From Octopus sinensis (lineage: Eukaryota): DNA of 22,528 nucleotides. The stretch spans positions 1 to 22,528 of the forward strand of contig NW_021836922.1 in NCBI RefSeq assembly GCF_006345805.1, in the 5' to 3' direction. A program made the translations under genes and the position numbers. Below are positions 1-10,021 of this stretch, piece after piece; position 1 is the first letter of the stretch; every line of letters starts with the position of its first letter. The notes below the pieces were generated by a model. That model worked only from the letters and a program-made list of their open reading frames with translations. It did no database searches and was not told the DNA's origin.

Positions 1-30
1 AGTTCAGAAAAGTTTTGCATAATTTTATTG

Positions 31-124
31 TTTCTTATTTTTTTTATTGCCCACAAGGGGCTAAACGCAGAGGGGACAAACAAGAACAAGCAAACGGATT
101 AAGTCGATTACATCGACCCCAGTA
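31..124 (-). mobile_element. 3' fragment of tRNA-derived SINE family B
   Basis: Near-identical to the 3' halves of the copies at 7223-7828 and 17736-17962 (cccacaaggggctaaac...ggattaagtcgattacatcgaccccagt); head missing. Confidence 0.85.
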
Positions 125-280
125 CATATTTTTTAGGTATGTAGGTGTGTGCGTGTGAAACAGAAGCAAAGATCTCCTTAGCTAGAAATAGACTCCGACA
201 TATCTTAGACCGATACAACAAATCCACTAAAAAAACATAGTGAGGAGGGGACCCACCAACTCTGCTCATCTGTTGATAAA

Positions 281-349
281 GGTCAAAGCCTTGTGAGTGG
301 ATTGGTAGACGGAAACTGAACCTCTCTCTCATTATATATATATGTGTGT

Positions 350-382
<33 letters not shown>

Positions 383-694
383 TATATTATATATAATATA
401 TATAATATATATATATATATTATATAATATATGTATACCTGTTTATGTGTGTGTGTCTTTATGTCTGTGTTTGTGTCTTTATGTCTGTGTTTGTTCCTAC
501 CACCGCTTAACAACCGATGTTGGTGTGTTTACGTCCCCGTTATCTAGCGGTTCAGCAAAGGTGACCGATAGAATAAGTATTAGGCTTCCAAAGAATAAGT
601 CTTGGTGTCAATTTCTTCCACTAAATCCCTTTAAAGCAGTGCTCCAGCATGGTCGGAGTCACATGACTGAAATAAGTAAAGGAATAACAGAATA
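281..694 (+). mobile_element. 5'-truncated, diverged copy of SINE family A with expanded internal microsatellite
   Basis: gccttgtgagtggattggtagacggaaactgaa, then (TA)n/(GT)n, then caaccgatgttggtgtgtttacgtcccc...gctccagcatgg...tgactgaaataagtaaa. This is the reverse complement of the layout at 737-1164 and 4935-5344. Confidence 0.85.
331..495. repeat. (TA)n microsatellite followed by short GTGTCTTTATGTCT repeats
   Basis: Directly visible. Confidence 0.95.
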
Positions 695-736
695 TGTTAG
701 CCTTAGGATTACGTCCGTCTCGCAACCTTCATCATA

Positions 737-961
737 TACTCTCTTTACTCTCTTTTACTTGCTTCAATCATTTGACTGCGGCCATGCTGGAGCACCGCCT
801 TTAGTCGAACAAATCGATCCCGGGACTTATTCTTTGTAAGAAAAAAAAATACCTAGTACTTATTCTATCGGTCTCTTTTGCCGAACCGCTAAGTGACGGG
901 GACGTAAACACACCAGCATCGGTTGTCAAGCAATGCTAGGGGGACAAACACAAACACACAA

Positions 962-992
<31 letters not shown>

Positions 993-1164
993 CATATATA
1001 CGACAGGCTTCTTTCAGTTTCCGTCTACCAAATCCACTCACTAGGCATTGGTCGGCCCGGGGCTATAGCAGAAGACACTTGCCCAAGATGCCACGCAGTG
1101 GGACTGAACCCGAAACTATGTGGTTGGTTAGCAAGCTACTTACCACACAGCCACTCCTGCGCCT
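737..1164 (-). mobile_element. Full-length SINE family A (tRNA-like head, CORE-like ccttgggcaag segment, internal microsatellite); possibly the octopus OR2-type CORE-SINE
   Basis: Minus strand starts taggcgcaggagtggctgtgtggtaagtagc (box A-like tggctgtgtgg; box B-like ggttcagtccc) and ends in a gtaaaagagagtaaagagagta tail. Highly similar to 4935-5344. The family name is recalled, not verified. Confidence 0.93.
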
Positions 1165-1603
1165 ATATAATAATAATAATAATAATTTTAGTGCATTATA
1201 AGTTATTCTACATGCCTGCACTAATATGCATGCTACTCCTTGTAGTACAAAACTGTATATTTACAAATCAATGCAGATAAATAAAGCTGGCACATTAGAT
1301 CACTAAAAAAATCATGGTTACACCAATGCTTCAAAGTATATATACAAAATTTTCTCTTTATATGTACACTCTATGGAAGAGCGATACTAGATAAAATTAG
1401 TTTGGTATGGTCATTAAAAATAAATATAAATAATGAATATATTTTGTATCATACCAATCAAGATGTTGAATCTAAGTTAAGGTAATTCTTCTTTAATGTT
1501 AACAAACGACTGGAAACAGTGACGAGAGGAAGTAAATTAGTTAAATTAAATATGTTAGAAAGTGTCCAAAAAATAAATATTTAAAAACATATAATATAAT
1601 ATA

Positions 1604-2002
1604 CTAGCAGTATCGCCCGGCGTTGCTCGGGTTTGTAAGGGAAATAACTATATAAGCATTTTTAGAGAGTTATAGCCAAAAAATAGCCAAAAAATGCATT
1701 AAAAATGGAAAAAAAATGATGGTAAATTTTTTTTTAAATCGTTGACTCATTGTAGACATTTTTAGAGAGTTTCTTCCCTTATATAATAGCGAAAAAAATG
1801 CATTAAAATGCGAAAAAATGATGGTAAATTTTTTTTTAAATCGTAGACTCATCGTAGACGCGCGCTAATACCCAGAAGGGCTCGATATGAATCACGACTA
1901 TAAGATACCCGGTTTTGGTTAAACTGCACCGCAAAATGTGGGAGTAGTTAGGAATCTAAATCGTAGGAGACAGACACACAACTTGACTTTTATATATAAA
2001 GA
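1604..2002 (-). mobile_element. Non-autonomous Helitron (399 bp)
   Basis: Minus strand starts A^TCTTTATATATAAAAG (5'-TC) and ends with hairpin CCCGAGCAACGCCGGG (plus 1616-1631), 8 nt, then CTAG^T. It sits between A and T with no TSD. Internal ~100-bp tandem duplication (1657-1756, 1757-1859). Confidence 0.82.
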
Positions 2003-2171
2003 TATGAATTCAAGAGATAACAGACAGCCGGAGATATAAAAAGGTACTATTGAAGAACAGTTATTTCCAAATGGAATTAGCATGTCAAAGGACCGCAAAA
2101 TATTGTGTTCCAATAAACTGCTGTGAAACCAAAACAATAGTTACGCTTGCATAGAAGCACATACATATAAG

Positions 2172-2476
2172 TGGATGCACATGGCTTAGTGGTTAGAGCA
2201 GCAGACTCACGGTCGAGGGATCGCGGGTTCGAATCTCAGACCGGGTGATGTGTGTGTTTATGAGCGATACACCTAAGCTCCAAGCAGCTCCGGCAGAAGG
2301 TAATGGCGAAACTTCTGCTGACTCTTTCGCCACAACTTTCTCTCACTCTTTCCTCCTGCATCTTGCAGCTCACCTGTGACGGACTGGCGTCCCGTTCAGG
2401 TGGGGAACCTATACGCCAAGAAACCGGGAAACCGGCCCTTATGCGCCAGGCAAGGCTCAAGAAGGAACAAACAACA
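2172..2476 (+). mobile_element. Full-length tRNA-derived SINE family C with 13-bp target-site duplication
   Basis: Box A TGGCTTAGTGG (2182-2192), box B GGTTCGAATCT (2226-2236), (AAC)n tail, and perfect TSD ACATACATATAAG at 2159-2171 and 2477-2489. Confidence 0.9.
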
Positions 2477-2837
2477 ACATACATATAAGCACTAACATAC
2501 TAAAAATACACGATGAAAGCTGAGAAAACGCTGTAATCCTAAGGATAACAAGTGGTTAAATGCATGCACCTCACATACCTCTGGACTTTTAGGGTTTATG
2601 TGTTACTCATAAAATAATTTCATCGATTGGATCTCCCGGATTTCAGTTGCATAGAACTCTGTATTATACTCCTCCGTATTGGATTATGCTACGTGTTCTG
2701 CTAACCGGGTCCATTACAGGTGCTTCTCCTGATAGCCACGTGATTCTATGAATCGATACATTGCACTACAAAGGTATGCCATACACACATATGTAAGTAT
2801 ATATAAGTAAAAAGTCTCTCTCTCTCTCTCTCTCTTC

Positions 2838-3275
2838 TCTATATATATTATATATATATATATATATTATATAAAATCCGTTCTGTCTGTGTGTGTGTCT
2901 TCTCGGATCTCGGGCATCCTCCATCCGATTGCGCTCAAATTTGATATTTAGATACCGAGGGTATCAGGGCGTGTATAAGTCTTGAAAAAATTACAAAAAT
3001 CGATTCCAGGTGAGAATGCGATCGATAAAGCCGTGAGAACGTGCATTTGTACGCGCAAGTACATCAGCTGTTTCCATCGATACTACACGTACGCGAGAAA
3101 AATGCACGTGCAGTTTGCGCAAAAACGCCGACCTGTTTGGTGTCTCAAATTTAGGTTAAATCAGTGTTTCTCAAAGGGGAGGCCTATGGGACGGTCGGAC
3201 AATTTGTTTTGAGAAAATTTGGTTTAAATGTTTGACAACTCAGGACAGTCCATTGGACGGAGGCCGTTTTACTCG
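2838..3275 (+). mobile_element. Probable non-autonomous Helitron-type element (second family)
   Basis: TC-TATATA...TAAAATCCGTTCTGTCTGTGTGTG start has the same design as 1604-2002. Terminal hairpins gtccattggac (3248-3258) and acggaggccgt (3257-3267) are followed by CTCG^T, a possible degenerate CTAG^T. Confidence 0.5.
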
Positions 3276-3425
3276 TGCACACACACACACAACACACACA
3301 CACACACACACACACACTATATATAGGGAGAGTTTACGAAAAAAACAGCAAAAAACAAAAGACGAAGACAGGTGGTGTACAAAACAAACAGATGTATTAG
3401 TATAACGCTCGGGAATAGAAAATGT

Positions 3426-3461
3426 CTTTTACGTTTCGAGCCTACGCTCTTCCACAGAAAG
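3426..3461 (-). ncRNA. Minimal type I hammerhead-like motif with core variant (CUGUGGA), in a short PLE-like cassette (~3318-3492)
   Basis: Minus: cttt-CTGTGGA-A-GAGC gtag GCTC-GAAA-CG-TA-aaag. Stem I CUUU/AAAG is in register, stem II is 4 bp, stem III is palindromic ACGU, triplet GUA. A6 of the core is replaced by U. Confidence 0.6.
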
Positions 3462-3495
3462 GGACACAGAAAAAACAAGGAGAGAAAAATGTGTG

Positions 3496-3498
<3 letters not shown>

Positions 3499-3533
<35 letters not shown>

Positions 3534-3745
3534 TATATAACGTGCATTTATAAAAGACCATACCACATTGTATTGAAGACTTTGAACTGTATTTGTTTTA
3601 TTTTGACAGTTGTGAGATTTCACTTGAGATGAAACGAGTGGTGAGGGTCAGGATTAGAAGGTTAAACCAATGAAGTATTCATAATAACTTTGGTATTTAA
3701 AAAATTTAACGCGATTGCACTTTACAAATATATATATATATATAG

Positions 3746-3787
<42 letters not shown>

Positions 3788-3926
3788 ATATACATACGTA
3801 CAAAATACAATCCCAAACACACAAAGAAAAAATAGAAATAGAAATAAAAAAAAAAAGTATTTGTATTTATCTGTAACATTAATTTTAAGTAGAAATATTT
3901 GTCAATACAACCCGTGATTATATATA

Positions 3927-3973
<47 letters not shown>

Positions 3974-4279
3974 AATATATATATGAACGGAGACACGCAC
4001 ACCACACACACATCCGAGTGTTCTTAAGGTTAAAAGCATCAAAAACATCTATTTAAGAAGTAACTCTGCTGAAAAAGAAGTTTTAAAATATTTATTAAAT
4101 CGACTACCACTTCAAAGCTTTGCTATGGGCGGCTTGTCAAGCAATGAAGTTGTTAGGGAAATCTTATAACTTATATGAGGTGATAAAGTATATAAAAGAG
4201 AATTTAAAGAAAAATATGTTGTAAATAAGAGAATTTGAATTTGAATCATACAGCGTGACGTCAATAAACGGATGTTGAG

Positions 4280-4311
<32 letters not shown>

Positions 4312-4323
4312 GCACCTACATAC

Positions 4324-4370
<47 letters not shown>

Positions 4371-4385
4371 TATATATATAATATA

Positions 4386-4433
<48 letters not shown>

Positions 4434-4450
4434 CTATATATATATAATAC
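3499..4450. repeat. Cluster of (TA)n / (CATA)n microsatellites (~3499-3535, 3726-3795, 3917-3983, 4277-4447) separated by short unique-looking spacers
   Basis: Directly visible. Confidence 0.9.
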
Positions 4451-4934
4451 ACATAGACGCACACAAACACACACACATACATGTGTGTGTGTGTTTGTAA
4501 AACGGGGAGATTTTCTTAACGTCATAAGTAAGACAGGAAGAGATCAAAGTAGAATTAGTATTTGTATAAGAGATGAATAGTTAATATTTCCTATCATCAG
4601 TTAAAAACTTAAAGGTATATACTATACTATACTATGAGGTAGAATCTGATAAACTGTAGCTATCGGAAGGGAGAGTGGTAAACCTAGTATTTACGGCGGT
4701 AAAAAAGGGATTAAACTTTAATGTGGAGTTACACAGCTCGAGGCAACTCGCTGATTAGGATATTGAAAAATTAAAGACAGGTGGCGCTGTCAAGTTAATT
4801 GGAGTATCATGATAGAAATTTATTCGTTATAGGTTATACAAAGGAGGCTGTTAGCGCAAGGTTCATACAGTTCAAACAGTAGAAAAGGTGTACCAACGGA
4901 TGTATAAACACACACACACATGTATGTATATGTA

Positions 4935-5344
4935 TACTCTTTTATTTGTTTCAGTCATTTCACTGTGGCCATACTGGAGCACCGCCTTTAGTCGAGCAAA
5001 CTGACCCCAAGACTTATTCTTTGTAAGCCTAGTACTTATTCTATCGGTCTCTTTTGCCGAACCGCTAAGTTACAGGGACGTAAACACACCAGCATCGGTT
5101 GTCAAGCGATGTTGGGGGGCAAACACAGACACACAAACATATGCACACACATACATATATATATATATATACATATATACAACGGGCTTCTTTCAGTTTC
5201 CGTCTACCAAATCCACTCACAAGGCTTTGGTCGGCCCGAGGCTATAGTAGAAGACACTTGCCCAAGATGCCACGCAGTGGTACTGAATCCGGAACCATGT
5301 GGTTGGTTAGCAAGCTACTTACCCCACAGCCACTCCTACGCCTA
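4935..5344 (-). mobile_element. Full-length SINE family A
   Basis: Same head, CORE-like segment, internal microsatellite and tail as 737-1164. Confidence 0.95.
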
Positions 5345-5504
5345 TGTGTGCGTGTGTATATATATATACATACACACAGGCATATACACATACACCCATA
5401 CGCATACATACGCATATGCATACATGCATACTGTCTAGAAAGTAATGCAAACATGGGCATAACTGTTTTATCTCTTCCTCTATAGTAAATCTTCTTATTC
5501 TTCA

Positions 5505-5989
5505 TTGGATGCAAAATATGTGTCCCAAATAGAAGCAATTTGATGAAGGAGGTTACAGGCTGTCCGACATCCACAGAAGACGACGGGTCGTTTAAGACGA
5601 CGACTCCCTTAACAAAAGCAATGTGCACAGATGGATGAACAAGCTTAAAGAAGAGGAAAATAACGTTGAAGATAAAACCACTGAGTGGAAGATGGTCAAA
5701 TGCGACAACTGAGAGGAATCGTCAGCTTGTAGGAGAACTGATACGCGCGAACAGACGACTCACACTTCATGAATTTGTTGCACAACTCGTTTGAGGTCAC
5801 AGGGTATTACAGAAGATGGGAAACTTTGAGTATCGATAAGTGTGAACAAGCAGGGTACATTGGTAGTTGACAGTCGATTGAAAGAGCAGAAAGGTGGAAG
5901 TTGGCTCTGATCTACTGGAAGCGCTTGATGCCAGTGATAACACTTTTTCTGATCAGGTAAAGGAGGATGAAACGAGATTGTAGCATTTC
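5505..5989 (+). pseudogene. Mariner transposase remnant (N-terminal HTH region to first catalytic D)
   Basis: Across stops and frameshifts: GYRLSDIHRRRRVV*DDDSLNKSNVHRWMNKLKEEENNVEDK/PLSGRW...ELIRANRRLTLHE, ending in EDETRL*HF (equivalent to GDETWLHHF). No TIRs seen. Confidence 0.85.
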
Positions 5990-6429
5990 TTTTCTTTTCT
6001 TTCAGTTTCTCTTTTTATTCTGATGAACGACTAACGTTCGAAATGCAAAAGTCCCCTGTTTCTACTTGTTAATTGTTAAACTTCTATCTTTCTGTTTGCT
6101 TTTGGACTATATATATTTGCGTGCGTGTGTTGTGTGTGTGAAATTTTTTGTCTCTGTATAACAATGCTACCACTGGTTTCATGTCAGAAAACTCGTAATT
6201 TTCCTACGTCATTTCACTTCACACACACACACACACACATACACACATGCGGTCGACGGCATGAAGATAGGTCCGACAAATTTTCTTAATATCTGTAAAA
6301 ATACTAAATTTCCAACATTTTTATGAGAGGTAATATTGTATGGGAGCGTGAGTTCAATACGTATTTCAGATCCGAACGTTATAAAGCACGTGTTATGGTT
6401 AAATTACTTGATACAGTTATAATATTTAG

Positions 6430-6634
6430 AGAAATATTTTTTTCCAAATGTTGGGATTAAGAAAAAACCAGGAATGAAGAATAGTAGAAGAGTCATTAAA
6501 TAGTGAGAGAGGGGTAAAGCATGAGGAATTGTAGATGTGTCATTGAATAGTGAGAGAAGGGGTCGGAGGAGTAAAATTGAGAAAGTGTGACACACTGTCA
6601 CACTGACATTCACTTTCGCATTTATTATTATAGA
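6430..6634 (-). mobile_element. 5' terminal part of a Helitron-derived element (third family)
   Basis: Minus strand A^TCTATAATAATAAATGCGAAAGTGAATGTCAGTGTGAC is a typical Helitron 5' end. A ~47-bp tandem duplication starts at 6492 and 6539. No 3' hairpin/CTAG found, so the left boundary is uncertain. Confidence 0.45.
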
Positions 6635-6884
6635 TGTATAAATGAAAAATCAATACTGATATAGAGCTCAGATAAAATACCGGGTGGTATTTATTTATTT
6701 GCTTAGCCGTGTGAGTTCAGATTGGATCTTTCATCTTACCAGGTTCGATCGAATAATCATAACGTTTAAATACAAGGAAACAGGAACAAAGAGAAATAAG
6801 AAAGGAAAAGAAAGAAAAGTAAAAAAAAGTTGGGGTGGGGTAAAGCAGCAGAATATGGAGTGTGAGGGAGTGATGGGTCGCAGA

Positions 6885-7205
6885 CCTCGCAGTAATAATC
6901 GCTATTGCGTTGCCATAGAAAATAGCCAGTGACACTTGCTGCAACAGCCACTCCACTTCGTGGTGCTCATTTCTCCGACAGGCCGCCGTTATCCCAATTT
7001 TGTAGAGGAAATCAGTAGTACGGGGTCTTAGAACACCTCACGTCTCAATGGCAATCGGCACAATTTGATAGCATCTGGACAGGTCCCTCTATTTATTGAT
7101 TTTTGTCTCCTCCACATTATGTGCAGCGAAACCCGGTTTTGCAGCCGATGCTGCAAAGTTGGAGCCGGAGAACATGTCACTGCACGTCACATCTTAGACT
7201 ATGAG
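6885..7205 (-). pseudogene. Restriction-like endonuclease (RLE) C-terminal remnant of a CRE-clade-like non-LTR retrotransposon
   Basis: Minus translation: LIV*DVTCSDMFSGSNFAASAAKPGFAAHNVEETKINK*RDLSRCYQIVPIAIET*GVL...LLQQVSLAIFYGNAIAI. This matches the WDVTC...KY...PIAVETLG...QRLSLAIQRGNA pattern of CRE-type RLE domains. Confidence 0.8.
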
Positions 7206-7222
7206 TCTGTCTCATTCAGTTT

Positions 7223-7828
7223 AATACCTATTTCTTTACTACCCACAAGGGGCCAAACACAGAGGGGACCAACAAGGACAGACAAACGGATTAAGTCGAT
7301 TATATCGACCCCAGTCCGAAACTGGTACTTAATTTATCGACCCCGAAAGGATGAAAGGCAAAGTCGACCTCGGCGGAATTTGAATTCAGAACGTAACGGT
7401 AGACGAAATACCTATTTCTTTATTACCCACAAAGGGCTAAACACAGGGGGGACAAACAAGGACAGACATAGGTATTAAGTCGATTACATCGACCCCAGTG
7501 CGGAACTGGTACTTAATTTTTCGACCCCGAAAGGATGAAAGGCAAAGTCGACCTCGGCGGAATTTGAATTCAGAACGTAACGGTAGACGAAATACCTATT
7601 TCTTTACTACCCACAAGGGGCTAAACACAGAGGGGACAAACAAGGACAGACAAACGGATTAAGTCGATTACATCGACCCCAGTGCGAAACTGGTACTTAA
7701 TTTATCGACCCCGAAAGGATGAAAGGCAAAGTCGACCTCGGCGGAATTTGAATTCAAAACGTAACGGTAGACGAAATACCGCTAAGCATTTCGCCCGGCG
7801 TGCTAACGTTTCTGCCAGCTCGCCGCCT
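7223..7828 (-). mobile_element. SINE family B: one head followed by three tandem 184-bp body units
   Basis: AATACC junctions at 7223, 7407, 7591 and 7775 (period 184). Single head aggcggcgagctggcagaaacgttagcacg at 7781-7828. The central gcctttcatcctttcggggtcgataaattaagtacc resembles the Deu/Nin SINE domain (recalled). Candidate TSD ttcagtt(t)aat at 7215-7225 and 7829-7838. Confidence 0.95.
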
Positions 7829-8925
7829 TTCAGTTAATTACTGACTTCACGTAAAGCCTAGAGTACTCGTCGCTACATCTACTAGAGAGTTGGCCTCTAC
7901 ACAGTCGCTTGACTTGCTAGAAAGAGTAGCATATATTCATCAAATAGCATCAAATTTGCTCAAGAATTTAGTTATACAGATAGAAGTGTCGGACTGAATC
8001 ACTGACATCATTTTGTTTCATGGAAATTATTTATTAATGAAAGAATAGTTGTTGTACAAAGGATAGGATGGTTATGACCGAAACACCTTTGATTACAAGT
8101 CCACTTGGTCTAAACTGACCTGTGGCTAAACAACAACAGGGTTTCTTTTACCAAAACAACAACAGTAACAATAACAGCAAAAACAACACAATGTTGTATC
8201 TGTGCAAAGTTAGAAAACATTCTTTGTTTACGCATGGCATAAGATTAATGTTTAAAGTTCATCAATTTCTGATATTTATTTTTATTTATTTAATTAATTC
8301 TTCCATTGATTATTTATTTGATCGTCAATAACAAACTTTTTCGAAAGTTCTTGAGACTTTAACATTTTTCAAAAAGTTGTTCAGATTTTTTGAAGTAGTT
8401 TCAGTTATGAAATCCATTTTCAATTTTCAAGAGTCTACTTGAAAATCCAAAGGCAAAGGGCATTTTACAAATAGTGTCTTTTGCCATTATCAATTGTTCG
8501 ATTGTTTTCGGAAAGGAAACGGATGCAATAATGACACACGAATTAATATTGACCCTCTCAATCTCACATTAATCCCCACTTTCTCTCCCTTCATCTCTTT
8601 TCTCTACTCCTCTGTCTCTCATCTTTTCTTGCTTCAACAACAACAACAACAACACACACACACAAACATATTCACTCACTGACATATACACATACGGTGC
8701 TATTAAAGCTTAAAGTTCACAACCTTTTCTTTGTATTGATTATTGATTGTGAATGTCGGTTGCATGTATCCGAAGTAAATCACGAAGCAATTTCATATGA
8801 ATGACCCCTATATTCAGATTTTGAATTTTACTAATCTTGTCTTTAATAAATACTTTTGGTGATTCAATTGGTTCCCTCTTTTTCTACGGAAGACATTTTT
8901 GTGCATACATGCAAATGAAAAACAA

Positions 8926-9068
8926 CCATCCATCCATCCATCCATCCATCCATCCATCCATATATACATACATACACATAAGCACGCACACATATAAGCA
9001 TGCATATAAGCATACATATACATATGCATAAGCATACATATATGTATATCTATATGTATGTATGTATG

Positions 9069-9120
<52 letters not shown>

Positions 9121-9185
9121 CATAATATCAATAATATATATGCATATATGCATACATATATGTATATATATAAATGCATATATGG
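8926..9185. repeat. (CCAT)n followed by (CATA)n/(TA)n compound microsatellite
   Basis: Directly visible. Confidence 0.95.
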
Positions 9186-9905
9186 GTATAGGACGTCACA
9201 AGACGTAAGCAACATGAAATATAAAATATGAACACATGGAATAAGAACTTTTTTATGCGAACAACTAAAGAAACAAATGGAAAAATAAGACATGTAACAT
9301 AAAGAACGACCCTTCATCAGTTGTCGGCTGTATATGTACTCCACATTTCGAGCAATTACGACAAGATGTGCTGTCGATGAAACAGTTGCCCTCGCAAACC
9401 AAAATACGATTTGGGATTTGCGGAGAGTCAAAGCTGGTAACAAAAACAGGTCAGTGAAAACAAACAGTCAGGGCTGCTAAACCATAACGAGGTGAAGTGG
9501 CGAACGCTGGAGGAACAAGCTTTGACAGGAGAAAAGATAGGAGAGGTGACAGACAAGAAATGCGTCTGATCTGTGCAACAGACCGGAAGAAAAGAAAGAC
9601 GCTCAAGTTAGGAAAAGAAAGATGGCCGATGGTCACGTGTGAGGAACGAGAAAGTAAAGGAGGAAGAGTGAGAAAGAGAGAGGGACAGGTAGAAAACGGT
9701 GTAGAGGAGAAAAAGAATTAGCGACAGGATGAGAGAGAAAAAACGAAAGGAGGAGAAGGGGGGATAAAAAGAATTAGAGGAAGGAAGAGAGAGGAAAAGA
9801 AAGGGGAGAGAGAGAGAAAGAGGGAGAGAGAGGGAACAGTACAGGATAGAGTAGCTTCGGAATTATTAAGATAAACTTACTGGGAAATGGATGCGTGGCG
9901 TTCAA
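9181..9905 (-). mobile_element. Probable Penelope-like element 3' portion/pLTR bounded by (TA)n tracts
   Basis: Its left end (9181-9235) recurs at 10481-10535. It contains a hammerhead-like motif (9309-9370) and a purine-rich tract (9640-9840). There is only a weak resemblance (IERHASISQ*VYLN) to a GIY-YIG C-terminus near 9860-9905. Confidence 0.45.
9309..9370 (-). ncRNA. Candidate hammerhead ribozyme with permuted strand order
   Basis: Minus: CACAUC-UUGUCG-uaauu-GCUC-GAAA-UGUG-(15 nt)-CGACAA-CUGAUGA-A-GGGU. Core is intact. Stem I is 6 bp, stem III 5 bp and stem II 4 bp (2 G-U); triplet AUC. Confidence 0.55.
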
Positions 9906-9920
9906 TCATATAATAATATA

Positions 9921-9981
<61 letters not shown>

Positions 9982-10021
9982 TTAAAAAGGAGATGCGGAA
10001 CACGAGTTGTGATATATAAAA

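Noticed and set aside
923-1280. Similar ORFs at 923-1280 and 5099-5485 suggesting a duplicated gene
   Set aside because: Both are antisense frames of SINE family A copies.
2173-2245. tRNA gene at the head of SINE C (and the heads of families A and B)
   Set aside because: Box A and B are present, but the heads run into SINE bodies with tails and TSD, and I could not build a full cloverleaf.
4594-4600. CTGATGA on the minus strand as a hammerhead core
   Set aside because: No stem II/GAAA/UH arrangement could be built around it.
6012-6052. CTGATGA...GTTCGAAATGCAAAAG as a functional hammerhead
   Set aside because: It lacks U16.1 and an in-register stem II, so it is at most a decayed relative of the 3426 motif.
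6909-6922. RFX X-box-like GTTGCCATAGAAAA in a GC-richer patch suggesting a promoter
   Set aside because: It is the antisense of the F-Y-G-N codons of the CRE RLE remnant, which also explains the higher GC.
7223-7780. Regular 184-bp repeats as a CRISPR-like array
   Set aside because: Whole units are repeated with no unique spacers, and they match a dispersed SINE in a eukaryotic context.
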